Below, one piece after another: positions 1 through 8,057 of a stretch of 42,552 nucleotides of DNA; position 1 is the stretch's first letter, and every line of letters starts with the position of its first letter. A program made the position numbers and the translations under genes. The notes under the pieces are model-generated. The model saw only the letters and a list, made by a program, of their open reading frames with translations, was not told the DNA's origin and ran no database searches. Source of the DNA: Bacteroidota bacterium (lineage in GTDB: Bacteria > Bacteroidota > Ignavibacteria > Palsa-1295); contig JANYDV010000266.1 in NCBI GenBank assembly GCA_025363505.1, positions 1-42,552 of the forward strand, in the 5' to 3' direction.

Positions 1-834
1 TTGTCATCACTGATCACAACTGGTGCGATGGCGCAGTGCTCTGATGCCGGTATTTGTTCGATCGAAAATCAGCTCCGCGATCGGTGGCGCCACTCAATCA
101 CGCTCACCTATCTCTATGGCAAAAGCGGGTCGAATGTTGATACTACCCAAAGCGGTCTGACGTTCCAAACCCTCATGCTCTCCGGCGAAGTACAACTCTT
201 CACTGGCACCAGTATCTGGGCAAGTATACCGTTGAATCACCAAAGCGGACCACTTGGGACGGTGACCGGCATCGGTGATTTGATCGTGATCGTCAATCAG
301 AAATTATTTTCAATCAGTGGCGCAGAATTTTCTGTCGGAGCAGGTGGTCGTTTTGCGACAGCTTCGGTCAATAATAATGGCTTACCCCAAGCCTATCAAA
401 GCGGACTTGGTTCAAACGACCTGCTACTTGAAGCCGACATTATTTTGAAGAATATTAATATTGGTATCGGCTATCAGCTTGCCGGCGGACGTAGCCTTAA
501 TGAAATTACTCGCTTGAAACGTGGCGATAATTTTATTGTTCGTACCGGATATACTTATCGAGCCGAGCATTTTGATCTGGGTGGTGAACTACTGGCTATT
601 AAACAAATTCAAGAATCAACGGTACTCAATCCTATAGTGCAAGGTAGTGAGTTTATCGCTGTCAACGGAAGTAATCAGTTTCAACTTAATGTTTTACTCA
701 AAGCTCGATACAGTTTTAATGATACATTTGGTTTGACGGGCACAGTGGGAATTCCACTTTTAAAACGAGAAGTGAATCTCGATGGGCTGACCCGATCATT
801 CTCGGCATCAGTTGGCATTGCCGTTGATCTGTAA
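1..834 (+). CDS. Outer-membrane beta-barrel-like protein, 5'-truncated by the window edge (MetA/'transporter' OMP family-like)
   Basis: The ORF is open at position 1. It begins with the tail of a signal peptide (..TTGAMAQ). The rest shows an alternating hydrophobic/polar beta-strand pattern and a GIGD motif recalled from MetA-pathway-type porins. Family assignment is from memory only. Confidence 0.45.
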   Translation: MSSLITTGAMAQCSDAGICSIENQLRDRWRHSITLTYLYGKSGSNVDTTQSGLTFQTLMLSGEVQLFTGTSIWASIPLNHQSGPLGTVTGIGDLIVIVNQKLFSISGAEFSVGAGGRFATASVNNNGLPQAYQSGLGSNDLLLEADIILKNINIGIGYQLAGGRSLNEITRLKRGDNFIVRTGYTYRAEHFDLGGELLAIKQIQESTVLNPIVQGSEFIAVNGSNQFQLNVLLKARYSFNDTFGLTGTVGIPLLKREVNLDGLTRSFSASVGIAVDL

Positions 835-835
835 T

Positions 836-2035
836 CTATTGGACCAGTGCACAACTTGATCCGACCCAGTCGAGCCCTTTATTAAAATCGACGCCCACCA
901 TTTTGCCGCGAGTGAGTCGGACAAGTGTATGTAGTGCTTTCGGCTTTTCTTCTTCGGGCAACCAAATCATCAGTGCGCGAAGCTCAGCACGTACGCCGTT
1001 GCCTTCAGGTGTGTGGATCACTTCTGCATACTCAACTTTTTCTTGCAAGAGCCACTGGTGGCGCTGTTCTTGCGGAATGGCTTCGATGTCGGCAAGTGTA
1101 GGATTGATATTCACACCAACTCCGGCGAAAGAGAAGAGTGGTTTCAGAACAAATTGAGAAAGATCAAGAGATAAGTCTGCCTTATCAAGATACCAAGCTT
1201 TTGGGACAGCTTCGTTCGTCCCTACTAAATGTGGCAGCAATACTTTCGAAATTCTAAAATACCAATTCGGGTGTCCTGCCCATTCAACTTCATATTCTCT
1301 ATGAATATCAAATTGTAATGTGATATTGCGTCGCTCAAGTTCATCTACAATAGCTCGATTATAGATTCGTTTGATCAGCAATAATGAGCCATCCGTTTCC
1401 TGAGAGTAGAGTAAATTCTCTTTTGCAATAATCGAACGAATATCAACGATGCGAATGCCGAGTTGTTTTGCAGCGAGATAAAAATCTCCGCAGGTCTTCT
1501 GATGATGAGGGTCGATCTCGACAAGCGCGACATCATTGGGGTGATGTGAACCAACGATTGCTTTTTTGAGAATATCATAATAGGTATTGATCCCAAGAGT
1601 CGGATCGAAGAGACCATTCATCTCCTTCGGCAATTCATAAACATCCCGCATGGTCTCACTAAATTCAGCTTGGTAGTGAAAAAGCGAAGGGAAGCCCTGC
1701 AATTCTATCAGTTTGAATTCCGGATTTGTACTGCTACCGGTGATTGCAAAATCAACAGCAGCAAATAACGGTTTGTCGCTGGTGCCTGCAAAGTCCCACT
1801 TGTTGGGTATTGCTTGTTTGCCAATCTGTTGAAGTTCGGGTGTGAGGGCTCGAAGTAATATTTCTTCGGCGAGTGTTGCGACTCGATGTGCAACTTCACG
1901 ACTCAAAAATAGTGGTGTTTCGGCAATACGAAAACCCATTTCGCAACCGGCAGCTTCTTCCAAGGCTTTCGTAACCTGTTGGTAACGCTGTTGCGAAAAC
2001 ATTTTGTTAAATGCTTTTCTGAGTTCAGCTATCAT
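836..2035 (-). CDS. Conserved hypothetical protein, possibly ATP-grasp/glutathionylspermidine-synthase-like
   Basis: 399-aa ORF with protein-like composition. Its ATG overlaps the stop of the upstream CNNM gene (ATGA at 2032-2035). The C-terminal half (FVLKPLFSFAGVGVNI .. WLLQEKVEY .. LVRLTRGKMVGVDFNKG) loosely resembles the nucleotide-binding half of ATP-grasp enzymes. Coding status is fairly certain; the function is not. Confidence 0.35.
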   Translation of the reverse strand: MIAELRKAFNKMFSQQRYQQVTKALEEAAGCEMGFRIAETPLFLSREVAHRVATLAEEILLRALTPELQQIGKQAIPNKWDFAGTSDKPLFAAVDFAITGSSTNPEFKLIELQGFPSLFHYQAEFSETMRDVYELPKEMNGLFDPTLGINTYYDILKKAIVGSHHPNDVALVEIDPHHQKTCGDFYLAAKQLGIRIVDIRSIIAKENLLYSQETDGSLLLIKRIYNRAIVDELERRNITLQFDIHREYEVEWAGHPNWYFRISKVLLPHLVGTNEAVPKAWYLDKADLSLDLSQFVLKPLFSFAGVGVNINPTLADIEAIPQEQRHQWLLQEKVEYAEVIHTPEGNGVRAELRALMIWLPEEEKPKALHTLVRLTRGKMVGVDFNKGLDWVGSSCALVQ

Positions 2036-3396
2036 GCTGTCGGTTGCTCGGGTGTTACGGAGACAGGCTCGATCTTTACTTGTTCGAGACGGTGGCGTAC
2101 TTTACGTTTAATGATAAATCGCAGCCCTTTTTTCTCGATCACATCGGCAACATTTGGTATCTTACCGCTTGCTTTTTGAATGTAACCTGAGATGGTCTGG
2201 TACTCGCCGCTTTCCTCAATTTTCGGAAAACGACCGGCGAACCGTTCGTTAAAATCAGAGACGCTCATACTCGGATCGAGATAGACGGCTTCGCCAACTT
2301 CGATCACCGTGCGTTCATCTGCCGGGACATCAGATTCGTCCTGTATCTCGCCCACTAATTCTTCGAGAATATCTTCTAATGTAACAATGCCTTCGACCCC
2401 ACCATGCTCGCTCACGACAATCCCCATATGGGTTCTGGTACGGCGAAACTCGCGGAGCAACTCCGGAATGGGTTGTGTCTCGCTGACAAAATTTGCTTTG
2501 CGAATCAACCGTTCTATTAACTTTACAAATTCTTCGCCACTATTCTGACTTGGTATCGTCAGACGTTCGAGCTGGCTGAACGATGGTAATAAATCCTTCA
2601 CATAAAGAATACCAAGCACTTCATCCATTGAAGTATGATACACCGGAAGCCGTGAAAAGCCTTCATTTTCTATGATGCTAAATATTTCCCGCGGCTCGGT
2701 ATCAAGATCAATACCGATGACATCGGAGCGATGCACCATAATTTCATTTGCAGTGGTTTCGCTAAATTCGAATACTGACTCGATCAGCTCTGATTCGCTT
2801 TTGGTCACAATACCGCGTCTTGCCGAATCGATAATGCTATGGCGAAGCTCTTCTTCGCTGGCTCCTTCGCCGGCAATGATCGTGGGCATCCCGAGCAACC
2901 GGAGCAGCCACCGAAGGGCTGCATTCAAAACGATCACCACCGGAAGAAATAATCGGTAGAAAAATTGCAATGGTCCGGCTACTCGAAGCGAGACCGCTCT
3001 GCCATTAATAATGGTAATTGTTTTTGGGAGCAATTCCCCAAACAAAATATGCAACACCGTAAGCAGGATAAAACCGAGGATCGCGGCGAGCGTCTCGGTA
3101 ACCCCTTTGCTCAGATTCAATATCGAAAACATTGGCGAGAATATCTCGGTAAAGACCGATTCGCCTACCCAACCAAGGGCAAGACTAACGAGCGTAATAC
3201 CAATCTGCGTAGTAGAAAGATAGGCGTCGAGATGGGTAATGATATGTTCGAGTGTCTTAGCTCGGCGCGGGTTGCGTTTGGCAAGCTCGCTCAGCTGACC
3301 GCCGCGAACCTTGATAATGGCAAATTCAGCCGCAACAAAAAAACCATTTAGCCCTATAAAGAGCGCGACCAGCAGTAATCCTATAAATATTTCCAT
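2032..3396 (-). CDS. CNNM/CorC/HlyC-family transporter (DUF21 membrane domain + CBS pair + CorC_HlyC C-terminal domain)
   Basis: The N-terminus GLNGFFVAAEFAIIKVR.. with four hydrophobic helices is typical of DUF21. A CBS-pair region (IMVHRSDVIGIDLD.., VLGILYVKDLL) follows. The C-terminal ISGYIQKASGKIPNVADVIEKKGLRFIIK matches the transporter-associated domain. Confidence 0.85.
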   Translation of the reverse strand: MEIFIGLLLVALFIGLNGFFVAAEFAIIKVRGGQLSELAKRNPRRAKTLEHIITHLDAYLSTTQIGITLVSLALGWVGESVFTEIFSPMFSILNLSKGVTETLAAILGFILLTVLHILFGELLPKTITIINGRAVSLRVAGPLQFFYRLFLPVVIVLNAALRWLLRLLGMPTIIAGEGASEEELRHSIIDSARRGIVTKSESELIESVFEFSETTANEIMVHRSDVIGIDLDTEPREIFSIIENEGFSRLPVYHTSMDEVLGILYVKDLLPSFSQLERLTIPSQNSGEEFVKLIERLIRKANFVSETQPIPELLREFRRTRTHMGIVVSEHGGVEGIVTLEDILEELVGEIQDESDVPADERTVIEVGEAVYLDPSMSVSDFNERFAGRFPKIEESGEYQTISGYIQKASGKIPNVADVIEKKGLRFIIKRKVRHRLEQVKIEPVSVTPEQPTA

Positions 3397-3407
3397 ATTC
3401 TTCTCTA

Positions 3408-3415
3408 CAAAGATA
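3408..3415 (-). promoter_or_regulatory. Candidate sigma-A '-7' box TATCTTTG (TAnnTTTG) for the CNNM operon
   Basis: Plus strand reads CAAAGATA. It lies in the 51-nt gap after the flippase stop, with 11 nt between the box and the ATG at 3396. The context is nearly identical to the ECF-sigma box at 15939. Confidence 0.45.
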
Positions 3416-3447
3416 CCATCTCGCAGCGAAGCAGGGTGTGTTTCCTG

Positions 3448-4983
3448 CTATTTAGCTCCCCGCATTCTCCCAAGCCCATTCTTCAAAAACAGGATCTCTT
3501 GTTCGGAGAAGAAACCCAAAATGAAGAGACTCGTAATGGCGATGATGCTGAGAGTGACACGAAGAATAAGAATCGGGATTGAACCTGTTACAAGATCGGT
3601 CAGGACAAGCAATCTTTCCAGAGCAAAAATTACTCCGATATCACAGGCAAGTAAGCTGATGCGTTTCCATTCATAAGGAACCGGGTATGCTTTTTTTGCT
3701 GGGAGATAAATAGCATACGCCATCACTGCATACGCCGCGAGTGTTGCCAGCGCCGCGCCCATAATACCGAGGGATGGAATAAGCAGAATATTCACGATGA
3801 TGTTTACAATAGCCCCAATACCCGTGATTAATGGCAATACTTTATTGCGTTCTTTTATATAAATACCTGCGATAAAATTGGTGTACATCCCCTGAAAAAT
3901 ATAAGCAAAAAGTATCACCGGAATAATATTCATTCCCGAAAGATAATCATTGCGAAGCAACTGTCGTCCGAAAATAGGAGTCGAAAGAATGTAAGGAAGA
4001 AAAAATGATAATAACAAAAATGCCACTCCGGCAATCAGTAAAAAATAAGTGAGAATTCGTGCAAAAAGTAAGCGAGCTTTTACGTCATCAGTTTTGTGTT
4101 GACGCATAAAGAAGGGTCTCCAGGCATACTCGAACAAACTTACGAATACCATCATGATAAACCCCATTCGGTAATTTGCCTGATAGATGCCGACTGCTCC
4201 GAGCCCAAGATATAACTGTACTATAGGTCGGTCAATCACTTGCACCATCATCGCCCCGAGATATGCCGGTACGTTGGTCAGTCCGAACGGGAGCATTTTG
4301 GTAAGTGATGCTCGATTGAGTACCGGCTGCCATTTTGCGATGATCGTCGGCAGTAACAGCAAAAATTGAACCGCCGATGCTATCAGGTTTGCAATAAATA
4401 TTCCTTCGACGCCGGAATGAAAACCGAGTATCAGTACGAAATTGAGGATGAGTGTAATAATGATACTCGTTAATTTTATCGATGCAAATCGTTTTGCCTG
4501 ATGCTCTAATCTCAAATCGGCAAATGGAAGCGCGGTCAGGGAATCAAACAATAAAATTACTGACGAATACCTGATAATGCGAATTAGCATTGGCAGCATT
4601 GGAGTAATATCAAGTTTCGGATCGAAAAATAAAGGATGCGCAAGCATCGGCGCAAGGAGCTGTAGTGTGAGTGTGAGGAATGCTGTAACGAGAACAATCA
4701 GATTAAATGAGCCGCTAAATAGTATGCCTTCGTGCTTATTGTCTTTTAGTTCAGATTCCCCTCTCGCCGCATAGCGAAAGTATGCTCCTTCAAGACCGAG
4801 CGGATAAATAACATTGAGAAATGCGATCCATGTATAGAGGACACTCGAGATTCCGTACTCACTTGTCGAATGCAGGACATTTACATAGAACGGAACAAGC
4901 AAAAAATTTAAGAATCGCCCAATAACGGTACTGGTACCGTAAATAAGGGTTTCTTTCGAGAGAGCGGCGAGTTCTTTACGCAT
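3448..4983 (-). CDS. Polysaccharide/oligosaccharide flippase (MOP superfamily, Wzx-like)
   Basis: About 12-14 predicted TM helices. The N-terminus MRKELAALSKETLIYGTSTVIGRFLNFLLVPFYVNVL is typical of 'polysaccharide biosynthesis protein' flippases. I prefer the ATG at 4983 over the TTG at 4992 used by the ORF track. Confidence 0.75.
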   Translation of the reverse strand: MRKELAALSKETLIYGTSTVIGRFLNFLLVPFYVNVLHSTSEYGISSVLYTWIAFLNVIYPLGLEGAYFRYAARGESELKDNKHEGILFSGSFNLIVLVTAFLTLTLQLLAPMLAHPLFFDPKLDITPMLPMLIRIIRYSSVILLFDSLTALPFADLRLEHQAKRFASIKLTSIIITLILNFVLILGFHSGVEGIFIANLIASAVQFLLLLPTIIAKWQPVLNRASLTKMLPFGLTNVPAYLGAMMVQVIDRPIVQLYLGLGAVGIYQANYRMGFIMMVFVSLFEYAWRPFFMRQHKTDDVKARLLFARILTYFLLIAGVAFLLLSFFLPYILSTPIFGRQLLRNDYLSGMNIIPVILFAYIFQGMYTNFIAGIYIKERNKVLPLITGIGAIVNIIVNILLIPSLGIMGAALATLAAYAVMAYAIYLPAKKAYPVPYEWKRISLLACDIGVIFALERLLVLTDLVTGSIPILILRVTLSIIAITSLFILGFFSEQEILFLKNGLGRMRGAK

Positions 4984-4989
4984 TGGCTT

Positions 4990-4997
4990 CAAAAATA
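4990..4997 (-). promoter_or_regulatory. Candidate '-7' box TATTTTTG for the flippase gene (near-leaderless)
   Basis: Plus strand reads CAAAAATA. Only 6 nt separate the box from the ATG at 4983. Confidence 0.45.
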
Positions 4998-5037
4998 CGG
5001 ATGTATTGAAATGTTGTTACGGACTTCAGCGAAGTTG

Positions 5038-5045
5038 TATTTTTG
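5038..5045 (+). promoter_or_regulatory. Candidate '-7' box TATTTTTG for the DUF92 gene
   Basis: GTATTTTTGAAT lies 29 nt upstream of the ATG at 5075, with a TTG about 21 nt further upstream. It is divergent from the flippase box. Confidence 0.5.
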
Positions 5046-5074
5046 AATTACTTCTTTGCATCCTTAATACTACC

Positions 5075-5845
5075 ATGAATTTCTTGCTCGGATATATCGG
5101 GGCGCTCATCATTGTGATCATTTCATATCGAAAGGGAGCACTTGCCTTGAGCGGAGCTATCGCCGCATTTATCGTCGGAGGGACGATCTTTGGCTTTGGC
5201 GGATGGTCAGCGTCAATCGAATTGATAGTATTTTTTCTCGGCGGCTCGTTATTGTCTCGATTGAATCACCGCCATAGTGCGCAACGTGATTGGCGACAGG
5301 TGGCCGCCAATGGGCTGATTCCTATGCTCTGTGTTTTACTCCTCTATTTCCGTCACGATCTTCGTGAGGAGGCTACACTGCTGTTTCTCGGGGCATTGGC
5401 AACTATGACTGCCGATACATTTGCTACAGAGATCGGTATGCGCTTCGGCAATAGGACATTTGATATACTTACTTTTACTCCAACGATGAAGGGTTTATCA
5501 GGTGGAGTGTCTGTTATTGGTATCGTCGCAAGTGTTTTTGGGGCTATGTTGATAACAATTTTATCACTTTTTCAACCCGATACCGATGGGGGGCTTTGTG
5601 GACTGGTGTTTGTGAAAGTTATTCCCGTTGTAACAATTGCCGGATTTTGCGGTGCATTGATCGACAGCATTATCGGCGCAACGCTTCAGGCAAAATATAG
5701 AAATCTCAATGGAGAAATAACTGAGTCGGATGAAGGTGATTCAAAACTGATACAAGGATTATCATTTATAGGTAATAATGCGACGAACCTGATCGCTTCT
5801 ATTGTCGGTGCTCTTGTTGCGGTAGGAATTTCGGGATGGCTATAA
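5075..5845 (+). CDS. DUF92/COG1836 integral membrane protein (TMEM19 / VTE6 phytyl-phosphate-kinase family)
   Basis: Multi-pass membrane protein. MNFLLGYIGALIIVIISYRKGALALSGAIAAFIVGG and TMTADTFATEIG are typical DUF92 strings. The start is moved to the ATG at 5075, because the track's TTG at 5006 would lie upstream of the promoter box. Confidence 0.7.
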   Translation: MNFLLGYIGALIIVIISYRKGALALSGAIAAFIVGGTIFGFGGWSASIELIVFFLGGSLLSRLNHRHSAQRDWRQVAANGLIPMLCVLLLYFRHDLREEATLLFLGALATMTADTFATEIGMRFGNRTFDILTFTPTMKGLSGGVSVIGIVASVFGAMLITILSLFQPDTDGGLCGLVFVKVIPVVTIAGFCGALIDSIIGATLQAKYRNLNGEITESDEGDSKLIQGLSFIGNNATNLIASIVGALVAVGISGWL

Positions 5846-5901
5846 AATAAAAAAGCACACGCTGAATTTCGACAACGTGTGCTTCCTTGAAATTGGAGAT
5901 C

Positions 5902-7065
5902 TTAGCGATCCGAAGCAGGCTTCCAAGCGAGGTCGATTGGTCCGGTATAGTCTGCAGCCGGGCGAATGATACGATTGTTTGAATACTGTTCGAGTGCATG
6001 TGCCGCCCATCCGGTAATGCGGCTCATAGCGAATATCGGCGTATAAAGATCAAGTGGAATGCCCATCAGGTAATAGGTACTTGCCGAATAAAAATCAACA
6101 TTCGGATAGAGCTTTTTTTCTTTCAAGATCAGCCCTTCGATTTCATGCGACATCTGGAACCACTGCTTTTGTCCGGTGCGCTCACCCATTTCTTCGCTGA
6201 ATTTGCGAAGATGTGTTGCTCGTGGATCTTCGGTGCGATAGACACGATGACCAAAGCCCATAATCTTATCTTTGCGTGCCAGCGCATCGAGTACCCATTC
6301 GCGGGCACGAGTTGGGTCTGCAATCTTCAGGAGCATACGCATTACTTGCTCGTTGGCTCCGCCATGAAGCGGTCCTTTGAGGGCACCAATGGCACCAGTC
6401 ACGGCTGAATAAAGATCGGAAAGTGTAGAGGCAATAACGCGGCAAGTAAAGGTAGAGGCGTTGAACTCATGATCGGCGTGGAGCGTGAGTGCGGCATCGA
6501 ACATCTTCACGACTCGCTCGTCTTGCTCTTTGCCGAGAAGCATAAACAAGAAATTGGCAGCATGACCGAGGTCCTTGCGTGGCTCCGGCATCGGGCGTCC
6601 GTTGCGATGGGCATCATAATATGCCGTAATCAGCGGAAGCTGAGCCGTGATACGAATCGCTTTTTCGACATTTGCCGCTTTTGAACCATCTTCAACGTCA
6701 GCGTAATAGAAAGATAATTCGCTGGTGAATGTTCGCAAGATTGCCATCGGATGGACATTCTTGGGCGATGATAGAATTTTTTCTTTGATCTGCTTTGGCA
6801 ACTCACGAGCTGCAACAAGTTTTGCCGAAAATTCGGCTAACTCAGATGCATTCGGAAGTACACCATGGAGCAACAGATATGCAGTCTCTTCAAAACTGCC
6901 TTTGACGAGGTCATGGATGTCATATCCGTAGTAGGCTAAGATACCTCGTTTGCCATCGAGGAAGCATATATTGCTTGTTCCGGCAACGATGTCTTCGAGT
7001 CCTGCTTTTGGTTGGGCTGCTTTTGAGCCGTTGGCGATCGGGGCTGTTAGAGATTCGCTCGACAT
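5902..7065 (-). CDS. gltA: Citrate synthase
   Basis: Catalytic signatures LHADHEFNAST and GFGHRVYRTEDPRA are present. Length is 387 aa, the short bacterial/archaeal type. Confidence 0.92.
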   Translation of the reverse strand: MSSESLTAPIANGSKAAQPKAGLEDIVAGTSNICFLDGKRGILAYYGYDIHDLVKGSFEETAYLLLHGVLPNASELAEFSAKLVAARELPKQIKEKILSSPKNVHPMAILRTFTSELSFYYADVEDGSKAANVEKAIRITAQLPLITAYYDAHRNGRPMPEPRKDLGHAANFLFMLLGKEQDERVVKMFDAALTLHADHEFNASTFTCRVIASTLSDLYSAVTGAIGALKGPLHGGANEQVMRMLLKIADPTRAREWVLDALARKDKIMGFGHRVYRTEDPRATHLRKFSEEMGERTGQKQWFQMSHEIEGLILKEKKLYPNVDFYSASTYYLMGIPLDLYTPIFAMSRITGWAAHALEQYSNNRIIRPAADYTGPIDLAWKPASDR

Positions 7066-7143
7066 ACTATTCTTTTTTTATACAGGATTGTTATGTTACA
7101 ATGCGTTATGGCTGTAGCAAATAACAAACAATTTTCGAAGAAA

Positions 7144-7151
7144 CAAAGTTA
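7144..7151 (-). promoter_or_regulatory. Candidate '-7' box TAACTTTG for citrate synthase
   Basis: Plus strand reads CAAAGTTA, about 78 nt upstream of the ATG at 7065. Confidence 0.35.
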
Positions 7152-7233
7152 CTGAAAAGTAATAATATTACCACCACCCTTCTGTAACTTCTTCCCTGCA
7201 CTTACACGTACACTAAAGAACGAAAAACTGTCG

Positions 7234-7241
7234 TATTTTTG
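7234..7241 (+). promoter_or_regulatory. Candidate '-7' box TATTTTTG for the STAS gene
   Basis: GTATTTTTGTAG lies about 87 nt upstream of the ATG at 7329. An AAGGAG Shine-Dalgarno sits 7 nt before that ATG. Confidence 0.4.
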
Positions 7242-7328
7242 TAGGAGCGACAAAAAAATGTAGTAATTTCGCATTCCCAAGATGTGATTGTTACTGAAAA
7301 TCTGAAATAGCTGAGAAGGAGCCTGATT

Positions 7329-8042
7329 ATGAATTTTACTGTAGAACAACGTGACCGTGCCGCAATCTTTCGCCCTCAAGAACCGCGGCTTGATTCGCTG
7401 CTGGTTCCTGAACTCAAAGCAGAGTTTCTGATCCTCGCTCAACCTGATGTCGAGAAATTGATTGTTGATTTGTCTGATGTCGAATATGTCGATTCGGCAG
7501 GTCTTTCGGCGTTATTGCTTGCTCGTCGCCAACAGGTATCTCACGATGGTGATGTCCGTCTGGTGGGCGTACGCGACGAAGTACGGTCGTTACTTGAACT
7601 GACCCAGCTCAACAGAGTTTTCCCGATTTATGAGACTGTCCAGGCAGCTCTCGATGCGCCACAACTTTCGACGATTCATGTTCCCGGTGACGGAATAGAC
7701 TCGACGACCTCAGCTTTGTCTTCGGGAATGAAAGCCGCTGCGGTTGGAGCTGGTGCCGCTGCGATGTTGGGGGCAATTGCAATGACCGATGCGGAAAGCG
7801 ATCTATTGCTCGCATTGGGGGATGATGAACTTGACGAAGACCTTGAAGACGATGATGATGAATTCTTTGACGACGACGATGACGACGAGCTACTTGACGA
7901 CGAAGCAGACAAGCTCGATAAGCCGGAAGAAGACACCGATAAAGAGAAAGAAATCGAACTCGACGAAGATAATATTGAACTTGAGGATGATATTGATTTC
8001 GATGACGACGATGAAGATGATGAAGATGACGATCTTCTGTAA
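7329..8042 (+). CDS. STAS-domain protein (anti-sigma-factor-antagonist fold) with an Ala/Gly-rich hydrophobic segment and a long poly-acidic C-terminal tail
   Basis: Residues 1-108 have the SpoIIAA/RsbV pattern, including the phosphorylatable-serine motif VDSAGLSALL. Residues 134-152 are AAAVGAGAAAMLGAIAM. By hand count, 53 of residues 153-237 (85 aa) are D/E. A good SD (AAGGAG) precedes the start. Confidence 0.8.
   Translation: MNFTVEQRDRAAIFRPQEPRLDSLLVPELKAEFLILAQPDVEKLIVDLSDVEYVDSAGLSALLLARRQQVSHDGDVRLVGVRDEVRSLLELTQLNRVFPIYETVQAALDAPQLSTIHVPGDGIDSTTSALSSGMKAAAVGAGAAAMLGAIAMTDAESDLLLALGDDELDEDLEDDDDEFFDDDDDDELLDDEADKLDKPEEDTDKEKEIELDEDNIELEDDIDFDDDDEDDEDDDLL
7785..8039 (+). repeat. Low-complexity GAY/GAR codon tract encoding the acidic tail
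   Basis: Runs of gat/gac/gaa/gag codons. This tract generates the spurious poly-Ser and poly-Arg/His ORFs seen in other frames. Confidence 0.85.
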
Positions 8043-8057
8043 TCTTCAGATGACGTT

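Noticed and set aside
5006-5074. A TTG-initiated 23-codon extension of the DUF92 gene. Similar track extensions exist at 38576-38689 (aminotransferase), 38110-38148 (coaD), 4984-4992 (flippase) and 37602-37604 (rsmD).
   Set aside because: The extensions precede promoter boxes or overlap the upstream gene with non-conserved sequence. In each case an ATG (GTG for coaD) sits right at the start of the conserved part.
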